Shown here: in pieces, positions 36,197 to 46,258 of the stretch | Layout: every line of letters begins with the position of its first letter | Position numbering within the stretch: the stretch's first letter is position 1 | From: a virus | Taxonomy: Duplodnaviria > Caudoviricetes | Virus record (IMG/VR): IMGVR_UViG_3300028591_000084 | Reading direction: 5' to 3' (one strand) | Length of the DNA: 64,000 bases | Made by a program: the position numbers and the translations under genes | Notes under the pieces: model-generated | What the model was told of the DNA's origin: nothing | The model's database searches: none | The model's input: the letters and a program-made list of their open reading frames with translations, nothing else

Positions 36197-37688
36197 CACG
36201 CAAGTATTGTTGAAGTGGGAATTTTTGATTAATGCAGCAAAAGCTTATTGGGTAGATTCTAAGCCGACTGGAATGTCAGATCAATTATTTGATGCTTATG
36301 AATTACAAGCTGCGCGAGAAGACAAGTTTAATGTTCGTGATTATGTCATCCAAACCTATCTTAAAGGAACCAGAAGTAAGAATAAATATATTCAAAAAAT
36401 TCAGAAATTCAAGGTTCAGGGGTGTACGATGATAGAGGCTATCTGTAAGACTGCTAAGGAGTTAGGAATATCAGAAGACGAGATGTATTGTGATCTCAAG
36501 TATGATGGTTGTTCTATAGCTCTTTATCTGGATCCTAAGACAGGAATTCCATTACGTCTTACTTCAGTTGGCAATACTTCATTTGATTATGGAGTAGATC
36601 AGACTTGGAAACTTTTAAAACTCGTACCTAAGAAATTTCCAACAGGAATACTAGCTATTCAGTGTGAGGCTTTAGTAGATCTTGAACGTTTGTCTGAAGC
36701 AGAGCCTGAAAGAGCAAGGCAAAAAGCTAGTGGCCTAATAAACAGTAAGCATCTTGAGTCAGAGGTTAATAATCTCTTAACACTCAGGGCTTATCGGTAT
36801 TATCTAGCTCCAGATTCACCATTAGAAGGCAAATCTTATCGTGAGGTTCTTGATTCTTTCCCTATCCAATATAGTAAAATTGATGGTCATATTACATTTG
36901 CTCCAGCCCAGACTTGGACACTATCAGAGCTTCTTAATATGCCAGAAGGTTTTACTGAGGTAGATAGAACAAAGACTAATACCGGTAAATTTTTGAATGA
37001 TGGCTGGTGTCTTTATAATTCTCATGGCGTTTGTCAGAGAGCGCTTAAATTTTCAGGAGCAGGAACGGACACTGAAGCCCTAAAGACGGTTGTTCACGGA
37101 ATACAGTGGAATGATCAGTCGGATAAAGGTAAAGATTCATGGTCTGCTAATGTAATTATTGATCCTGTCTATATTAAGGGCTGTAAGATCGTTAAGCCTT
37201 CTGCTGGGTCTGTTTCAAAATTAATAAAAAATAATATTACGGAAGGTGCTGAAGTTGGTATTATCCTAGCAAACAGCACTATTCCTATGGTTGGTAGTGT
37301 ATTCTCAAGTGGGTCAGGTAATTTTGCTTGGCCGACATGCGAGTGTGGCTATACTTTAGGAGAAAAAGATATATTTGGATCTTTTCTTAAGTGTGGTAAT
37401 CCTCTATGTACCTCAAGAATAAATAGAATGAGAACATACCTGAAGAATCTTGCCAACCTTGAGGATCTTGATCTCAATCTACTTCTTGTTATTGACCGAT
37501 TTAGATGGGAAAATACGGACATTGATATTAAGACCCTTTTGAAGCTTGTGAAAGAAGGAAAGGAGGGAGATTATCATGAATATCTTAATCAATATTTAAA
37601 CACAAGTCTTCAAAAACGAAACTTAGAGTTAGTCTGGAAAGCATCGTATATAACGTTAAATGAAAGACTGCAAAAAGACAAAAAATGA
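36183..37688 (+). CDS. NAD-dependent DNA ligase (divergent, no BRCT domain evident)
   Basis: YW...MSDQLFD, adenylation motif LKYDGCSIALY, NDG, ALKF, TIP and Zn finger CECG...CGNPLC. Confidence 0.8.
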   Translation: MQTIDTQVLLKWEFLINAAKAYWVDSKPTGMSDQLFDAYELQAAREDKFNVRDYVIQTYLKGTRSKNKYIQKIQKFKVQGCTMIEAICKTAKELGISEDEMYCDLKYDGCSIALYLDPKTGIPLRLTSVGNTSFDYGVDQTWKLLKLVPKKFPTGILAIQCEALVDLERLSEAEPERARQKASGLINSKHLESEVNNLLTLRAYRYYLAPDSPLEGKSYREVLDSFPIQYSKIDGHITFAPAQTWTLSELLNMPEGFTEVDRTKTNTGKFLNDGWCLYNSHGVCQRALKFSGAGTDTEALKTVVHGIQWNDQSDKGKDSWSANVIIDPVYIKGCKIVKPSAGSVSKLIKNNITEGAEVGIILANSTIPMVGSVFSSGSGNFAWPTCECGYTLGEKDIFGSFLKCGNPLCTSRINRMRTYLKNLANLEDLDLNLLLVIDRFRWENTDIDIKTLLKLVKEGKEGDYHEYLNQYLNTSLQKRNLELVWKASYITLNERLQKDKK

Positions 37689-38049
37689 CACAGACTTTAC
37701 AGACTTTATGAAAGTTCTGTATAGTTCATTGATTAGTAGATACGGCGGCAGATTAGTCATAACTAGGTTCTTTGAGTACCTAAGAGTTTCAATTGATCAA
37801 GTTGAGTGGGATTTGTTGGATGGAGGGAGAACGATTCAGGATCCCTTCTTTATGTCCCACCTAATTGACCTAGCTATCGACTTTAAAAATAATCTTGCCG
37901 TAGATTTTAATAAATTGGCTGATGAAATATTAGACCTTAATCAATTTTCTGCTAGTGAATTGAATCTATTAGGAATTAATTTTTCTGAGAGACTATGGAC
38001 TATATTTTTAGCCATTGAAAATCCAAAAATTAAACAGTTATTAAATTAA
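37660..38049 (+). CDS. hypothetical protein
   Basis: 129-aa ORF in the operon. Confidence 0.6.
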   Translation: MKDCKKTKNDTDFTDFMKVLYSSLISRYGGRLVITRFFEYLRVSIDQVEWDLLDGGRTIQDPFFMSHLIDLAIDFKNNLAVDFNKLADEILDLNQFSASELNLLGINFSERLWTIFLAIENPKIKQLLN

Positions 38050-38667
38050 ATGATTGAAGTAAGTTTGTATTCTATCACTGGTCGTGATGTGAATGTTTCT
38101 ATGGGTAAGTGCGTTGATCGTGCTAGACTGAATAAGACTGCTCTTGGTGTAGATACTATGGAGTTCATTAAAGGTTTCTTGAAGCAGAATGTTGCTTCTA
38201 TTGAGCTTGCTCTTAAGAATCCTGACATTATCAATTTTATTAATGATGACGCCACTATGACCTTCAAGGATTTCGCTAGCCTTAATTATTGGCTGGCAAA
38301 GAGCGGTTATTTGGTAAAGGTTTTCAACGTAACTGATGATGAGGAAAATCCAACTGGTCCCGCACCTGAGGTTTCGGAGTGGAATGTGATCGATTATAAT
38401 TTTTATCAGAATGGATTCCCTACAGCTATTAAGATTGTTCCTGCTGATGGAGCTGATGTTGTTGAGATCCTGAAGCAAGTCGTAAATGATTCCGGCCTGT
38501 TTGATAAGAATAAGCTCGGTAATACTAAGAATCCTTTGACAGAATATATCGAGTTGCTCGAAAAATCTAAGAAGTTGATGGGAAAGATTGAACCCGGTGC
38601 TGCTTCAAAGATTTATGATATCCTTGATCAGGTAGGTGTTAAGCTGTTTTTAGCCGTTGGTGAGTAA
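38050..38667 (+). CDS. hypothetical protein
   Basis: 205-aa ORF with phage-typical codon usage. Confidence 0.75.
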   Translation: MIEVSLYSITGRDVNVSMGKCVDRARLNKTALGVDTMEFIKGFLKQNVASIELALKNPDIINFINDDATMTFKDFASLNYWLAKSGYLVKVFNVTDDEENPTGPAPEVSEWNVIDYNFYQNGFPTAIKIVPADGADVVEILKQVVNDSGLFDKNKLGNTKNPLTEYIELLEKSKKLMGKIEPGAASKIYDILDQVGVKLFLAVGE

Positions 38668-39125
38668 TGACAGTACTACAGGAGGACCTATTGGAGATGT
38701 ATAATAATCTTACTGAGTTTAGTAAGACTATTTCTACCAGTACTAATCCTATGCCAATTCGAGTATGGTTTGATAGGGAGGGTATTGAGTCTCCTCTGGT
38801 ATTTGAATATAAAGGAATATCAGTGAGACTTAGACTTCCTATCTACTATTGCTTGGACTTAGAAGAGCTTGAAGGTAAAGGATCTTATCTAGTTCCTGAG
38901 GATTATAATAACCTTATGCAATCGCTCAGTGACTTAATCTATGATGAGAGAGTTCTGAACGATAGAGGAATTGTTCTTAGCCCTGAAAATATGGGTTTTG
39001 ATGTTTACGCTATTGATATCAAACAGTTTCAAAAAGGTTTAGAGTTTGTTAGAGGAGTTAGGTTTGTTTCCGGGTCTGGATGGTGGTTTAGATTAAAGAC
39101 AAAATTTAAGTATGGAATCAGTTGA
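38667..39125 (+). CDS. hypothetical protein
   Basis: 152-aa ORF in the operon. Confidence 0.7.
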   Translation: MTVLQEDLLEMYNNLTEFSKTISTSTNPMPIRVWFDREGIESPLVFEYKGISVRLRLPIYYCLDLEELEGKGSYLVPEDYNNLMQSLSDLIYDERVLNDRGIVLSPENMGFDVYAIDIKQFQKGLEFVRGVRFVSGSGWWFRLKTKFKYGIS

Positions 39126-39564
39126 TGTTGTAGTGTACAATTCGTCGCCATATAAACTCCCCGAATATGCGAAATCGGGAGATTCTGGTATGGACGTAAG
39201 AGCTAATATTGAAGAAGCTATTATTCTAAAACCTGGAGCTACTGTTATTGTACCAGTTGGATTATTTGTTGAACTTCCAGAAGGCTATGAGATACAGGTT
39301 AGACCCAGAAGTGGATTAGCTGCTAAATACAGTGTTACGGTTCTTAATACTCCTGGGACAATTGATGAAGGTTATAGAAATGAGATTGGTGTTATTCTAA
39401 TCAATCATCACCAAACTAATGACTTTGTTATTGAACCTGGTGATAGAATTGCTCAAATAGTACTTCAACAAGTTCCTAAGATAAACTGGATTCCTAAAGA
39501 AACTATGGTAGACACAAATACCGAAAGAGGTCTTGGTAGATATGGGCATACTGGTAGGAGTTAA
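39112..39564 (+). CDS. dut: trimeric dUTPase
   Basis: SGMDV, RPRSGLA, GTIDEGYRNE, GDRIAQ and RGLGRYGHTG. Confidence 0.95.
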   Translation: MESVDVVVYNSSPYKLPEYAKSGDSGMDVRANIEEAIILKPGATVIVPVGLFVELPEGYEIQVRPRSGLAAKYSVTVLNTPGTIDEGYRNEIGVILINHHQTNDFVIEPGDRIAQIVLQQVPKINWIPKETMVDTNTERGLGRYGHTGRS

Positions 39565-39913
39565 TGACATTGATCGCCTTCTTAGAATGAGAGGGCAAAG
39601 AAGATTACAAATAAAGAATAAACTAACTGATTATATAACAGAGTATCCCTTCGATAAAAGAGGGGTTAAGCTACAGTTTCTTGAATCAATCAATATTATG
39701 GGTGAGGAAAAGCCTTGGGAGGAATATAAAGTTCTCCTGAAGATCCCAAAGATTAAGGAAGATTCTGAATATCTTGGTTCTGCTCTTGAGGCAGTTGGGA
39801 AATTTATGAAGGATATGAAGGCCTGTAAAGATTGTTATGAGACTATTGGAATTCAAGAGATTGAATGTGGTTTAGGAAATTATTACTTTGTTTTAATTTA
39901 TTTAATTAACTAA
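39533..39913 (+). CDS. hypothetical protein
   Basis: 126-aa ORF. Confidence 0.6.
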   Translation: MVDMGILVGVNDIDRLLRMRGQRRLQIKNKLTDYITEYPFDKRGVKLQFLESINIMGEEKPWEEYKVLLKIPKIKEDSEYLGSALEAVGKFMKDMKACKDCYETIGIQEIECGLGNYYFVLIYLIN

Positions 39914-39916
39914 TAG

Positions 39917-40294
39917 ATGAATGAAAGAAATTTAAATATTGAAGTTGATGTAAAAGAACCTTTGGATGGGGAGAGATACGTTTGGGGTTGGCATTCAGTA
40001 GAGGAAGCTGCTGCAGATTTATATTCATCATTGCACAGAGATCTTCTTAATGGTCGACCTTTATTCCTATATAAAAATACAACATCAGGAAAGTCAGACC
40101 TAATCCAAGTAGTTGTAGTAGAGAGTACAAAGAATCCTAATGATTATGCACTTGGGGTTGTAACAACAGGGTACTCTTACTTATATCCGCATGTTGGAAA
40201 AGATTACTTAATATCCGAGCTGATTGTGGATCTAACTAAGTGGAAGATCGATAAGAAGATCATAGAAGAATATACAAAAATAGTAAATAAGTAA
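39917..40294 (+). CDS. hypothetical protein
   Basis: 125-aa ORF. Confidence 0.65.
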   Translation: MNERNLNIEVDVKEPLDGERYVWGWHSVEEAAADLYSSLHRDLLNGRPLFLYKNTTSGKSDLIQVVVVESTKNPNDYALGVVTTGYSYLYPHVGKDYLISELIVDLTKWKIDKKIIEEYTKIVNK

Positions 40295-40308
40295 TTTGTT
40301 CTAATTAT

Positions 40309-41337
40309 ATGCAGAAAAAACCGAGAATTTTAAGTATTGATCTGGGATATAGTAGTGTAAAGTATAGTTACTTTGATGAAAATGGACTCCTTGTTAATGA
40401 GAAGTTTATTTCGTCTGTTGCAAAATTACCTGAACAACCTTTAATGGCTGATCAGAACAGCGTTTTTAGTCTTAATGGTTGTTATTATGTCCTAGCAGAA
40501 AGCGCATTAAAGTTGGATCGTAGTCTCTTAATGCCACTCGAGTCCTATAATGATATGAAAGAGGTTTACCCGGTCGTTATTTCCTATGTCCTTAAAAAGT
40601 TAGGAAATCAAAATTGGAGTAAAGTATGTCTTGGACTGAGTATGGCATTCTCTGATAAAGCTGATGACTTGCTTGATTATCTCTATACAGCACTTCTTAT
40701 AGATAGATCAAACAATTATTTCCTTGTCTATCCTCAAGGATTGGCTTGTCGATATTGTTATGATACCTATAAAGAGAATCCTAGAGATCCCGCAGTTCAT
40801 AGTTCAAGTAATACTCTTAGTAATGCTGTCATTTGTGATGGTGGATTTTTGAGTTTGGATCTTTGTGCAATTATTGATCACAAGTCCGCAGCTGGACAAA
40901 CAATAGGTCTTGAAAATACTGGGGTCTTGAATATTAGTAGAGAACTTGCTAACTATATTTATAAAAATTATGAGTATAGAATCAGTATTAAAGAAGCTCA
41001 AGTGGCTGTTGATAGCAGACAGATTGTAAGAAGAGGAAGAACTATTGATCTGACTGATATTGTTGATAAGCTTTCTAAACAATATTTGATTAGTGTTCTT
41101 AACCTAATTGAGGAAAAATATTCTAATTACCTTGATGTTGTTGAAGGAATTTTATTTGTTGGTGGAATTTCTTACTTTATGTCGAGGGCTTTAGAAGATC
41201 CTGAATTTTGTAACGAAGTTGAGAAACACTACCCAGTAAGCTTTATCCACTGCCCGAAAGAGCTTGGAGAATATTATAATTCCATTGGATATTTATTGCT
41301 TACTGAGGATCTACTTAAGAAAGGTAAGATCCAGTAA
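40309..41337 (+). CDS. ParM/StbA-like actin-fold ATPase
   Basis: Phosphate-1 SIDLGYSSVK, connect YPQG, phosphate-2 ICDGGFLSLD, adenosine FVGG and a terminal NSIGY. Confidence 0.8.
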   Translation: MQKKPRILSIDLGYSSVKYSYFDENGLLVNEKFISSVAKLPEQPLMADQNSVFSLNGCYYVLAESALKLDRSLLMPLESYNDMKEVYPVVISYVLKKLGNQNWSKVCLGLSMAFSDKADDLLDYLYTALLIDRSNNYFLVYPQGLACRYCYDTYKENPRDPAVHSSSNTLSNAVICDGGFLSLDLCAIIDHKSAAGQTIGLENTGVLNISRELANYIYKNYEYRISIKEAQVAVDSRQIVRRGRTIDLTDIVDKLSKQYLISVLNLIEEKYSNYLDVVEGILFVGGISYFMSRALEDPEFCNEVEKHYPVSFIHCPKELGEYYNSIGYLLLTEDLLKKGKIQ

Positions 41338-41399
41338 AAACAGGAGAAGATATGATTAATTGTAGTCATATCTTTTCTTTTATTGTATGATTGAATTAA

Positions 41400-41897
41400 A
41401 TGGCAATTACTAAGACGATAAAAGGTTCTGTATGGGTAAGTGGAAATCAACTCGTACAAAACCAAACGCTGGTTACTCCTAATGGTATGGGAGAGAATAC
41501 AGTTGTTTTGATTAATGATATTTGGGAAGATCTCCTCTCCTCTGAGTCGACTGCTAAGAGGGAGAGAAACTATTGGTACTGGGAAGTACAGCAAACTAAT
41601 CTAGAAGATGAAGAGGTAACAGTTAGATTTGAATGTCCAAAGCCAAAAGACGGTCTGTTGGATCAATACGAATTGGATCCTAATAATGCCGTGTCTGATT
41701 GGGCTAAATATTGGGTTGGAAAATATAAGGAGGTGTCAGATAGGTATGCAGACTCTTGCACTATTCAGCCTAAGTCAGTAGTGTTCCAATCCGCTGATTT
41801 GGTAGATTATGATGACGGACATATGTATACTGTTGATGAATTAACGGTTCCTAGAAATAATCTCGGAGATATTAAGTCTCTCATTACAAAATTTTGA
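41400..41897 (+). CDS. hypothetical protein
   Basis: 165-aa ORF followed by a terminator. Confidence 0.7.
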   Translation: MAITKTIKGSVWVSGNQLVQNQTLVTPNGMGENTVVLINDIWEDLLSSESTAKRERNYWYWEVQQTNLEDEEVTVRFECPKPKDGLLDQYELDPNNAVSDWAKYWVGKYKEVSDRYADSCTIQPKSVVFQSADLVDYDDGHMYTVDELTVPRNNLGDIKSLITKF

Positions 41898-41905
41898 ATA
41901 AATAA

Positions 41906-41945
41906 GCACCTTAAGGATATTCTTTGAGGTGTTTTCTTTTTTTTT
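41906..41945 (+). terminator. intrinsic terminator
   Basis: GCACCTTAAGGA-TAT-TCTTTGAGGTGT followed by a T run. Confidence 0.7.
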
Positions 41946-41964
41946 AGACCTCAGTTTTTCAAAT

Positions 41965-41985
41965 CCCCCCAAAACCTTATATATG
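41965..41985 (+). promoter_or_regulatory. promoter motif CCCCCCAAAACCTTATATATG
   Basis: 19/21 identical to the array promoter CCCATCAAAACCTTATATATG, and located upstream of a protein gene. Confidence 0.7.
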
Positions 41986-42058
41986 TGATGATAAAGTGGT
42001 TAACCGGGGTCCACAGTCACAGTAAACAAAATCCCGTTATTTAACGTTGTAAGGTGTT

Positions 42059-42382
42059 ATGGAGAATACACAGCAAACGCAACCCGAGAAGAAGTCTTGG
42101 GTGAAGAAGACGATCAGGGTAGTCGGTAAGGCTGCCTTGTTAGTAGGCGTAGGATACGTCTGCTACAAACAAGGGAAGGACAAGGAGTTCATTCCCGGGA
42201 CCTGTCGTAAGGTCAAAAGTACGGTCTTCCCAACTAGGGAGGCCGACCAGGCATTAGAGCCTGAGATGAGGTCAGAGGAGCCTGTAGCTGCTCCGACGAC
42301 AAGCGAGAGTTATCGCCAGGGTCAGAATGGTGGTTTTTACCGCCAAGGCCATGGCAAGTTCAACAACAACAGCAACAACTAA
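42059..42382 (+). CDS. small membrane-anchored protein
   Basis: Hydrophobic VVGKAALLVGVGYVCY followed by a disordered tail. Confidence 0.65.
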   Translation: MENTQQTQPEKKSWVKKTIRVVGKAALLVGVGYVCYKQGKDKEFIPGTCRKVKSTVFPTREADQALEPEMRSEEPVAAPTTSESYRQGQNGGFYRQGHGKFNNNSNN

Positions 42383-42387
42383 GTGTT

Positions 42388-42600
42388 ATGGAAAAGAAAG
42401 GTAATGGACTGAAAGTCCTGATAGGAACCGCTGCAGGTTTTGCAGTGGGATACTACTGGCCGAAGATCTCGGCCAGCGTGAGAGAGAAATACTCCCAGAT
42501 TAAGAATCAAGTTGAAGAAGCAAAGGTTGCCGCCACTAAGGCGGTGAACGAAGAAGCTTCTAAAGCTAAAGGCGCTGGTGAGGACAAGACGGAAGGATAA
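42388..42600 (+). CDS. small membrane-anchored protein
   Basis: VLIGTAAGFAVGYYW followed by an Ala/Lys/Glu helical tail. Confidence 0.65.
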   Translation: MEKKGNGLKVLIGTAAGFAVGYYWPKISASVREKYSQIKNQVEEAKVAATKAVNEEASKAKGAGEDKTEG

Positions 42601-42624
42601 TATTCTTCTGTAACACTTGTTGTT

Positions 42625-42672
42625 AGGAGAGGTAAGAGAGAATAAAATCTTGCCTCTCCTTTTATTTTTTTT
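42625..42672 (+). terminator. intrinsic terminator
   Basis: AGGAGAGGTAAGA...TCTTGCCTCTCCT followed by a T run. Confidence 0.7.
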
Positions 42673-42694
42673 AAGAAAACAAAAAACTGAGGAA

Positions 42695-43303
42695 TTAATC
42701 CTCAGTTTTCTTTTCAAAATGCTTAATTAGGTCCGGGAAGCTGATCATAAAATTCCCAGTGTTCTTAGCTATTTCAGAGTCAAACCCGATATCAACTCTG
42801 AGATCCCCAGATTCTTTGTTATAAGAGTCCAGTGCACCATGAGTATGTCCAGCTATCATCCACGAACCTCTACTTTTATCTCTCCACGACAACAATGGAT
42901 AATGACTTAGTACTAGTTTATATATCTTCCCCTGATAGTCTACATTTATCTCCAGGATATCAGATATAAGACTAAACAAAGTACCCACATAAGATTTTTT
43001 ATAGACATTATAATTATCATGATTTCCCATGATTTTGTAGATTCGTTGTTTAGGTATTTCACTTATAATCCTTTTCATCTCTGTTTCTGATACTCCTTTC
43101 CAGAACAGATCTCCCAAGTCGAAGATTATATCTCCTTTCTTGGGTGTTGTCTTGAGAGTTTCTTCAATGTGTTTATTCATTCTATACACATTCTCAAATG
43201 GTCTTTCATTAAATCTAATAACATTTGCATGGTTGTAATGTAGGTCTGACATAAACCATAACATACAATCATCTGTTATTATAAAAGGTTCTACTATTTT
43301 CAT
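42695..43303 (-). CDS. metallophosphoesterase
   Basis: SDLHYNH, LGD, GNHD, LSHYP and GHTHG. Confidence 0.88.
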   Translation of the reverse strand: MKIVEPFIITDDCMLWFMSDLHYNHANVIRFNERPFENVYRMNKHIEETLKTTPKKGDIIFDLGDLFWKGVSETEMKRIISEIPKQRIYKIMGNHDNYNVYKKSYVGTLFSLISDILEINVDYQGKIYKLVLSHYPLLSWRDKSRGSWMIAGHTHGALDSYNKESGDLRVDIGFDSEIAKNTGNFMISFPDLIKHFEKKTED

Positions 43304-43378
43304 TTTTAATATAATTTCAAGCCAATTAATAATTATTCTTCTGGCGGGTCGTGCATGTTATTGCTTCATCTTCTTTAT

Positions 43379-43894
43379 TTACCAGACTTCAACGACATTA
43401 CCCTTCTTTCTGAGCCACCAGATTGGTTCTCCTTTTCCATCATTGCCTCGATAGATAGGTGTGTTCATTGGAAGTCCTGGATCAGCTGGTCTATTCCAAG
43501 GATAATCTCCATAGGCATAACCATTATTATCCGGTTGAACCGCCATATTTTCATAATATTTCGGGTCAAACATTTTGTTAATACAACTAATAACTGATCC
43601 AATACCACTAATAACAGCAATAAGACTACCAATAACTGATTGACCAATCCTTAATCCTCTAACAATCTTTTCACTAGTAGGTTTCTTTTCTTGTTTAGGC
43701 TGTTCTTCTTCCTGCACAATAGGTGATTCTTCTGGCGGAGGTATCTGATTACAATCTTTGTCCTCACTCGAATCCCCTGTAGTCTTCTTTTCATCAAAAA
43801 GTTTAGTAATGCCGGAATAAATAGCAGCAGTACCCGCCAAGGCTAAGATTAACTTCAATCCTACCTTAGCTACTTCAGAATAATCGATTTTCAT
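43379..43894 (-). CDS. membrane-associated hypothetical protein
   Basis: Two hydrophobic/amphipathic segments. Promoter motif at 43953-43973. Confidence 0.65.
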   Translation of the reverse strand: MKIDYSEVAKVGLKLILALAGTAAIYSGITKLFDEKKTTGDSSEDKDCNQIPPPEESPIVQEEEQPKQEKKPTSEKIVRGLRIGQSVIGSLIAVISGIGSVISCINKMFDPKYYENMAVQPDNNGYAYGDYPWNRPADPGLPMNTPIYRGNDGKGEPIWWLRKKGNVVEVW

Positions 43895-43952
43895 TGGCTT
43901 TATTTTATTAAATTACAAAATTATTCTAAATAAAATTTTAGTTTAATTTTCA

Positions 43953-43997
43953 CAGATATAAGGAAATAGAGGGTATCCCCTTAAGTCCTTACTACTG
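43953..43997. promoter_or_regulatory. back-to-back divergent promoter motifs
   Basis: Minus CCCTCTATTTCCTTATATCTG (43953-43973) and plus CCCCTTAAGTCCTTACTACTG (43977-43997, ATG at 44001). Confidence 0.65.
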
Positions 43998-44000
43998 AAT

Positions 44001-44195
44001 ATGATTTTATTTTTAAGTATTTATTTAATTATTGGAGTTCTTATTGCGTTTGTAGCGTATAAGTTATTTTTCCTTGTCCCCCTTAATCGTAAGTTTTTGA
44101 TTTTAGGTGGAATAGTGTTTGGCTGGCCTTTAGCCGTAATAACCATCTTAATTGTAGCCTTAATCGTCGTCTATTTTGTTCTTAAAAGGAGATGA
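44001..44195 (+). CDS. small two-TM membrane protein
   Basis: Almost entirely hydrophobic 64 aa with a WP motif. Confidence 0.6.
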   Translation: MILFLSIYLIIGVLIAFVAYKLFFLVPLNRKFLILGGIVFGWPLAVITILIVALIVVYFVLKRR

Positions 44196-44476
44196 ATACT
44201 CAGATTTATGATAAGGTAGTTAATACGAGAAAAGCCTGGGAATATTACAAAAGCAGGCTTAATTCTATTATAGGAGAAATTAATCGAATGAGACTCTTAG
44301 TTGATCAAGCCCCAAAGGCAAATAATGCTAATGAATTGTTTAATCTTGAGAGAATCAAACGTGAAATACACAGAAAGAAGGTTGAGAGAAGAATTTTTAA
44401 CAAGAGATGTAAATTCTGGAAGAAGGAATTTAAGTTAGCCTTATTCTGGTGGGATCTTCGGGAGAAAAAGAATTAA
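44192..44476 (+). CDS. basic coiled-coil hypothetical protein
   Basis: 94-aa ORF with an ATGA overlap. Confidence 0.6.
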   Translation: MNTQIYDKVVNTRKAWEYYKSRLNSIIGEINRMRLLVDQAPKANNANELFNLERIKREIHRKKVERRIFNKRCKFWKKEFKLALFWWDLREKKN

Positions 44477-44528
44477 ACCCGTTAAATCCTTATGTTTGAT
44501 AAAATTTTTTAAACTTAAACTTAAAATT

Positions 44529-44786
44529 ATGGAAAAAATTGAAAAAATCCGATTAGAAATCGAGAGACACACTAATGTGTCAAAAAAACTGTTTTCCGTA
44601 GCCGATGGTGTAGGCTACGTTGGAAAAATTATCACAACAGGCGGGATCGCCCTGTTAATGGTTGGCGGAATTGCCGCTATTGGAGCAGACGTTGCTGCTC
44701 AACTTGCGTCAAGAAAGCGCAGAAAGTTTGTCTCTCTGCAAAGAGAGGCTAGAGTTAATAATATTAAAATAAAGAATGATGAATAA
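44529..44786 (+). CDS. small membrane protein
   Basis: Gly-rich hydrophobic helix. Start moved to ATG 44529 because TTG 44496 is part of the promoter motif at 44478-44498. Confidence 0.6.
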   Translation: MEKIEKIRLEIERHTNVSKKLFSVADGVGYVGKIITTGGIALLMVGGIAAIGADVAAQLASRKRRKFVSLQREARVNNIKIKNDE

Positions 44787-45027
44787 TCTAATAAACGTAC
44801 TAAACTTTAACCGGTTGTTCGAGAAAAACGAAGACCCTTCTTCTATTTCAGGCAATTTTGCCCGAACCCATGTTGAAGGGCCAATGAAGATGATGGTTGG
44901 GGCTATCACCCTTCTAGCCGTGTCGAATATTATCATATCGGCAGTCTTCAGGACTACATCCGGAATGGCGGATGCAGATAGCAATCGCCAAGTGATGAGA
45001 AACAACAACAAGTTTAACAGGAGATAA
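44776..45027 (+). CDS. small membrane protein
   Basis: Hydrophobic MMVGAITLLAVSNIIISAVF. Confidence 0.55.
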   Translation: MMNNLINVLNFNRLFEKNEDPSSISGNFARTHVEGPMKMMVGAITLLAVSNIIISAVFRTTSGMADADSNRQVMRNNNKFNRR

Positions 45028-45072
45028 TAATGTAATATAGAGTGTTACAGAACCCTAAACACAGTTTGTTAT

Positions 45073-46203
45073 ATGAAGAATAAGAAAATGTGGACAGGCG
45101 TAGGCATTATCGTGGCCGGCGTCGCAGTCGGGATGTGGATTTATAAGTCCATAAAAAAGACTGAAAAAAAAGTTGCGAAAAGAGCAGCAAGTATGGATGA
45201 GTTCAACCCAGAAGTTCTTGATGAAGAACTTGGAGAAACAGAACCAACTCCATCACCATCAGTTACCACAGAGAGTGATGTAACTGAAGAGAAAACTAAC
45301 TTGACTCAAGAAATTTTTGAGTCATGCGTAGAAAACAGCATAGCCCCAGAAGAGTCATTTAAGGCTACTGATTTCTGGCCAACGACAGGCTCTGAGGACA
45401 GAGTTCATATCGTTGAGAGAGAATACAGGGGCAATAAGATAGTGGACCTCTTGTTTGAGGTTCCTCATACGGCCCTTGGGGATCCTAAAGATCCAAGAAC
45501 ATCGAGAGATTACAACATAAAAGACTTCTCTCGAGTAATAAAAGGAGAATACAAAGAAGGTCGGCAGGTCTCAGAAGGAATTGTAGGCGACTTGGCGAAC
45601 GAAATCATAAATGGTCTTGGCTTCTCTGTAAAACAAGACCACAGTTCTCCTCTATTTGAGACAATGATAGAGGGATATTATTTAACAAACGGAAAAATCC
45701 AGGAAAAGGATGGATCTGTTGAGTCTACCGGATGGATTCAAAGAATCCCGAAGGAGGACTATCAATCCTCTGCGTTTAGAGAAGGTTTTAACCTTCAGAA
45801 GAAACGTAAGGTGACGGAGTATGTCTATGACCTACAGAATGCGTTGTCTGCTGGGAAAGAGGTCAGAATGACAGAAACGGATGATGGAGTCTTTGATGTA
45901 AAAGTTATAGACTCATTCGCGGCCATCAGGGTATCTTTCTGGGTACAAGATGGACCCGGACAGATAGGTGTCAACGCAAAGTCTGGACTGGCATTAGTTG
46001 ATTGGATTTATAAGAATCTGGTCATTAATGTTGACGTTCCTGGCCGTACTACAAAGGAGTGGAGGTATAACAAATTCTTGTTCCACGTTCCTGACACGGT
46101 TGGGACCTATGAGAGCCAAGTCTATAGCTATGTTATAGACCCGGAAGATGGCAAGTTTGAAACGCTTAAGGTAAACATCTTGGGCGAGGAGATTGACGCG
46201 TAA
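45073..46203 (+). CDS. N-terminally membrane-anchored protein
   Basis: WTGVGIIVAGVAVGMWIY anchor; 376 aa. Confidence 0.75.
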   Translation: MKNKKMWTGVGIIVAGVAVGMWIYKSIKKTEKKVAKRAASMDEFNPEVLDEELGETEPTPSPSVTTESDVTEEKTNLTQEIFESCVENSIAPEESFKATDFWPTTGSEDRVHIVEREYRGNKIVDLLFEVPHTALGDPKDPRTSRDYNIKDFSRVIKGEYKEGRQVSEGIVGDLANEIINGLGFSVKQDHSSPLFETMIEGYYLTNGKIQEKDGSVESTGWIQRIPKEDYQSSAFREGFNLQKKRKVTEYVYDLQNALSAGKEVRMTETDDGVFDVKVIDSFAAIRVSFWVQDGPGQIGVNAKSGLALVDWIYKNLVINVDVPGRTTKEWRYNKFLFHVPDTVGTYESQVYSYVIDPEDGKFETLKVNILGEEIDA

Positions 46204-46209
46204 TAAGAT

Positions 46210-46258
46210 AAAAAAGAAAAGGCGGAGATGTAAAAGTCTCTACCTTTCTTTTTTTTTT
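46210..46258. terminator. bidirectional terminator
   Basis: A run + AAGGCGGAGA-TGTAAAAG-TCTCTACCTT + T run, between convergent genes. Confidence 0.7.
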
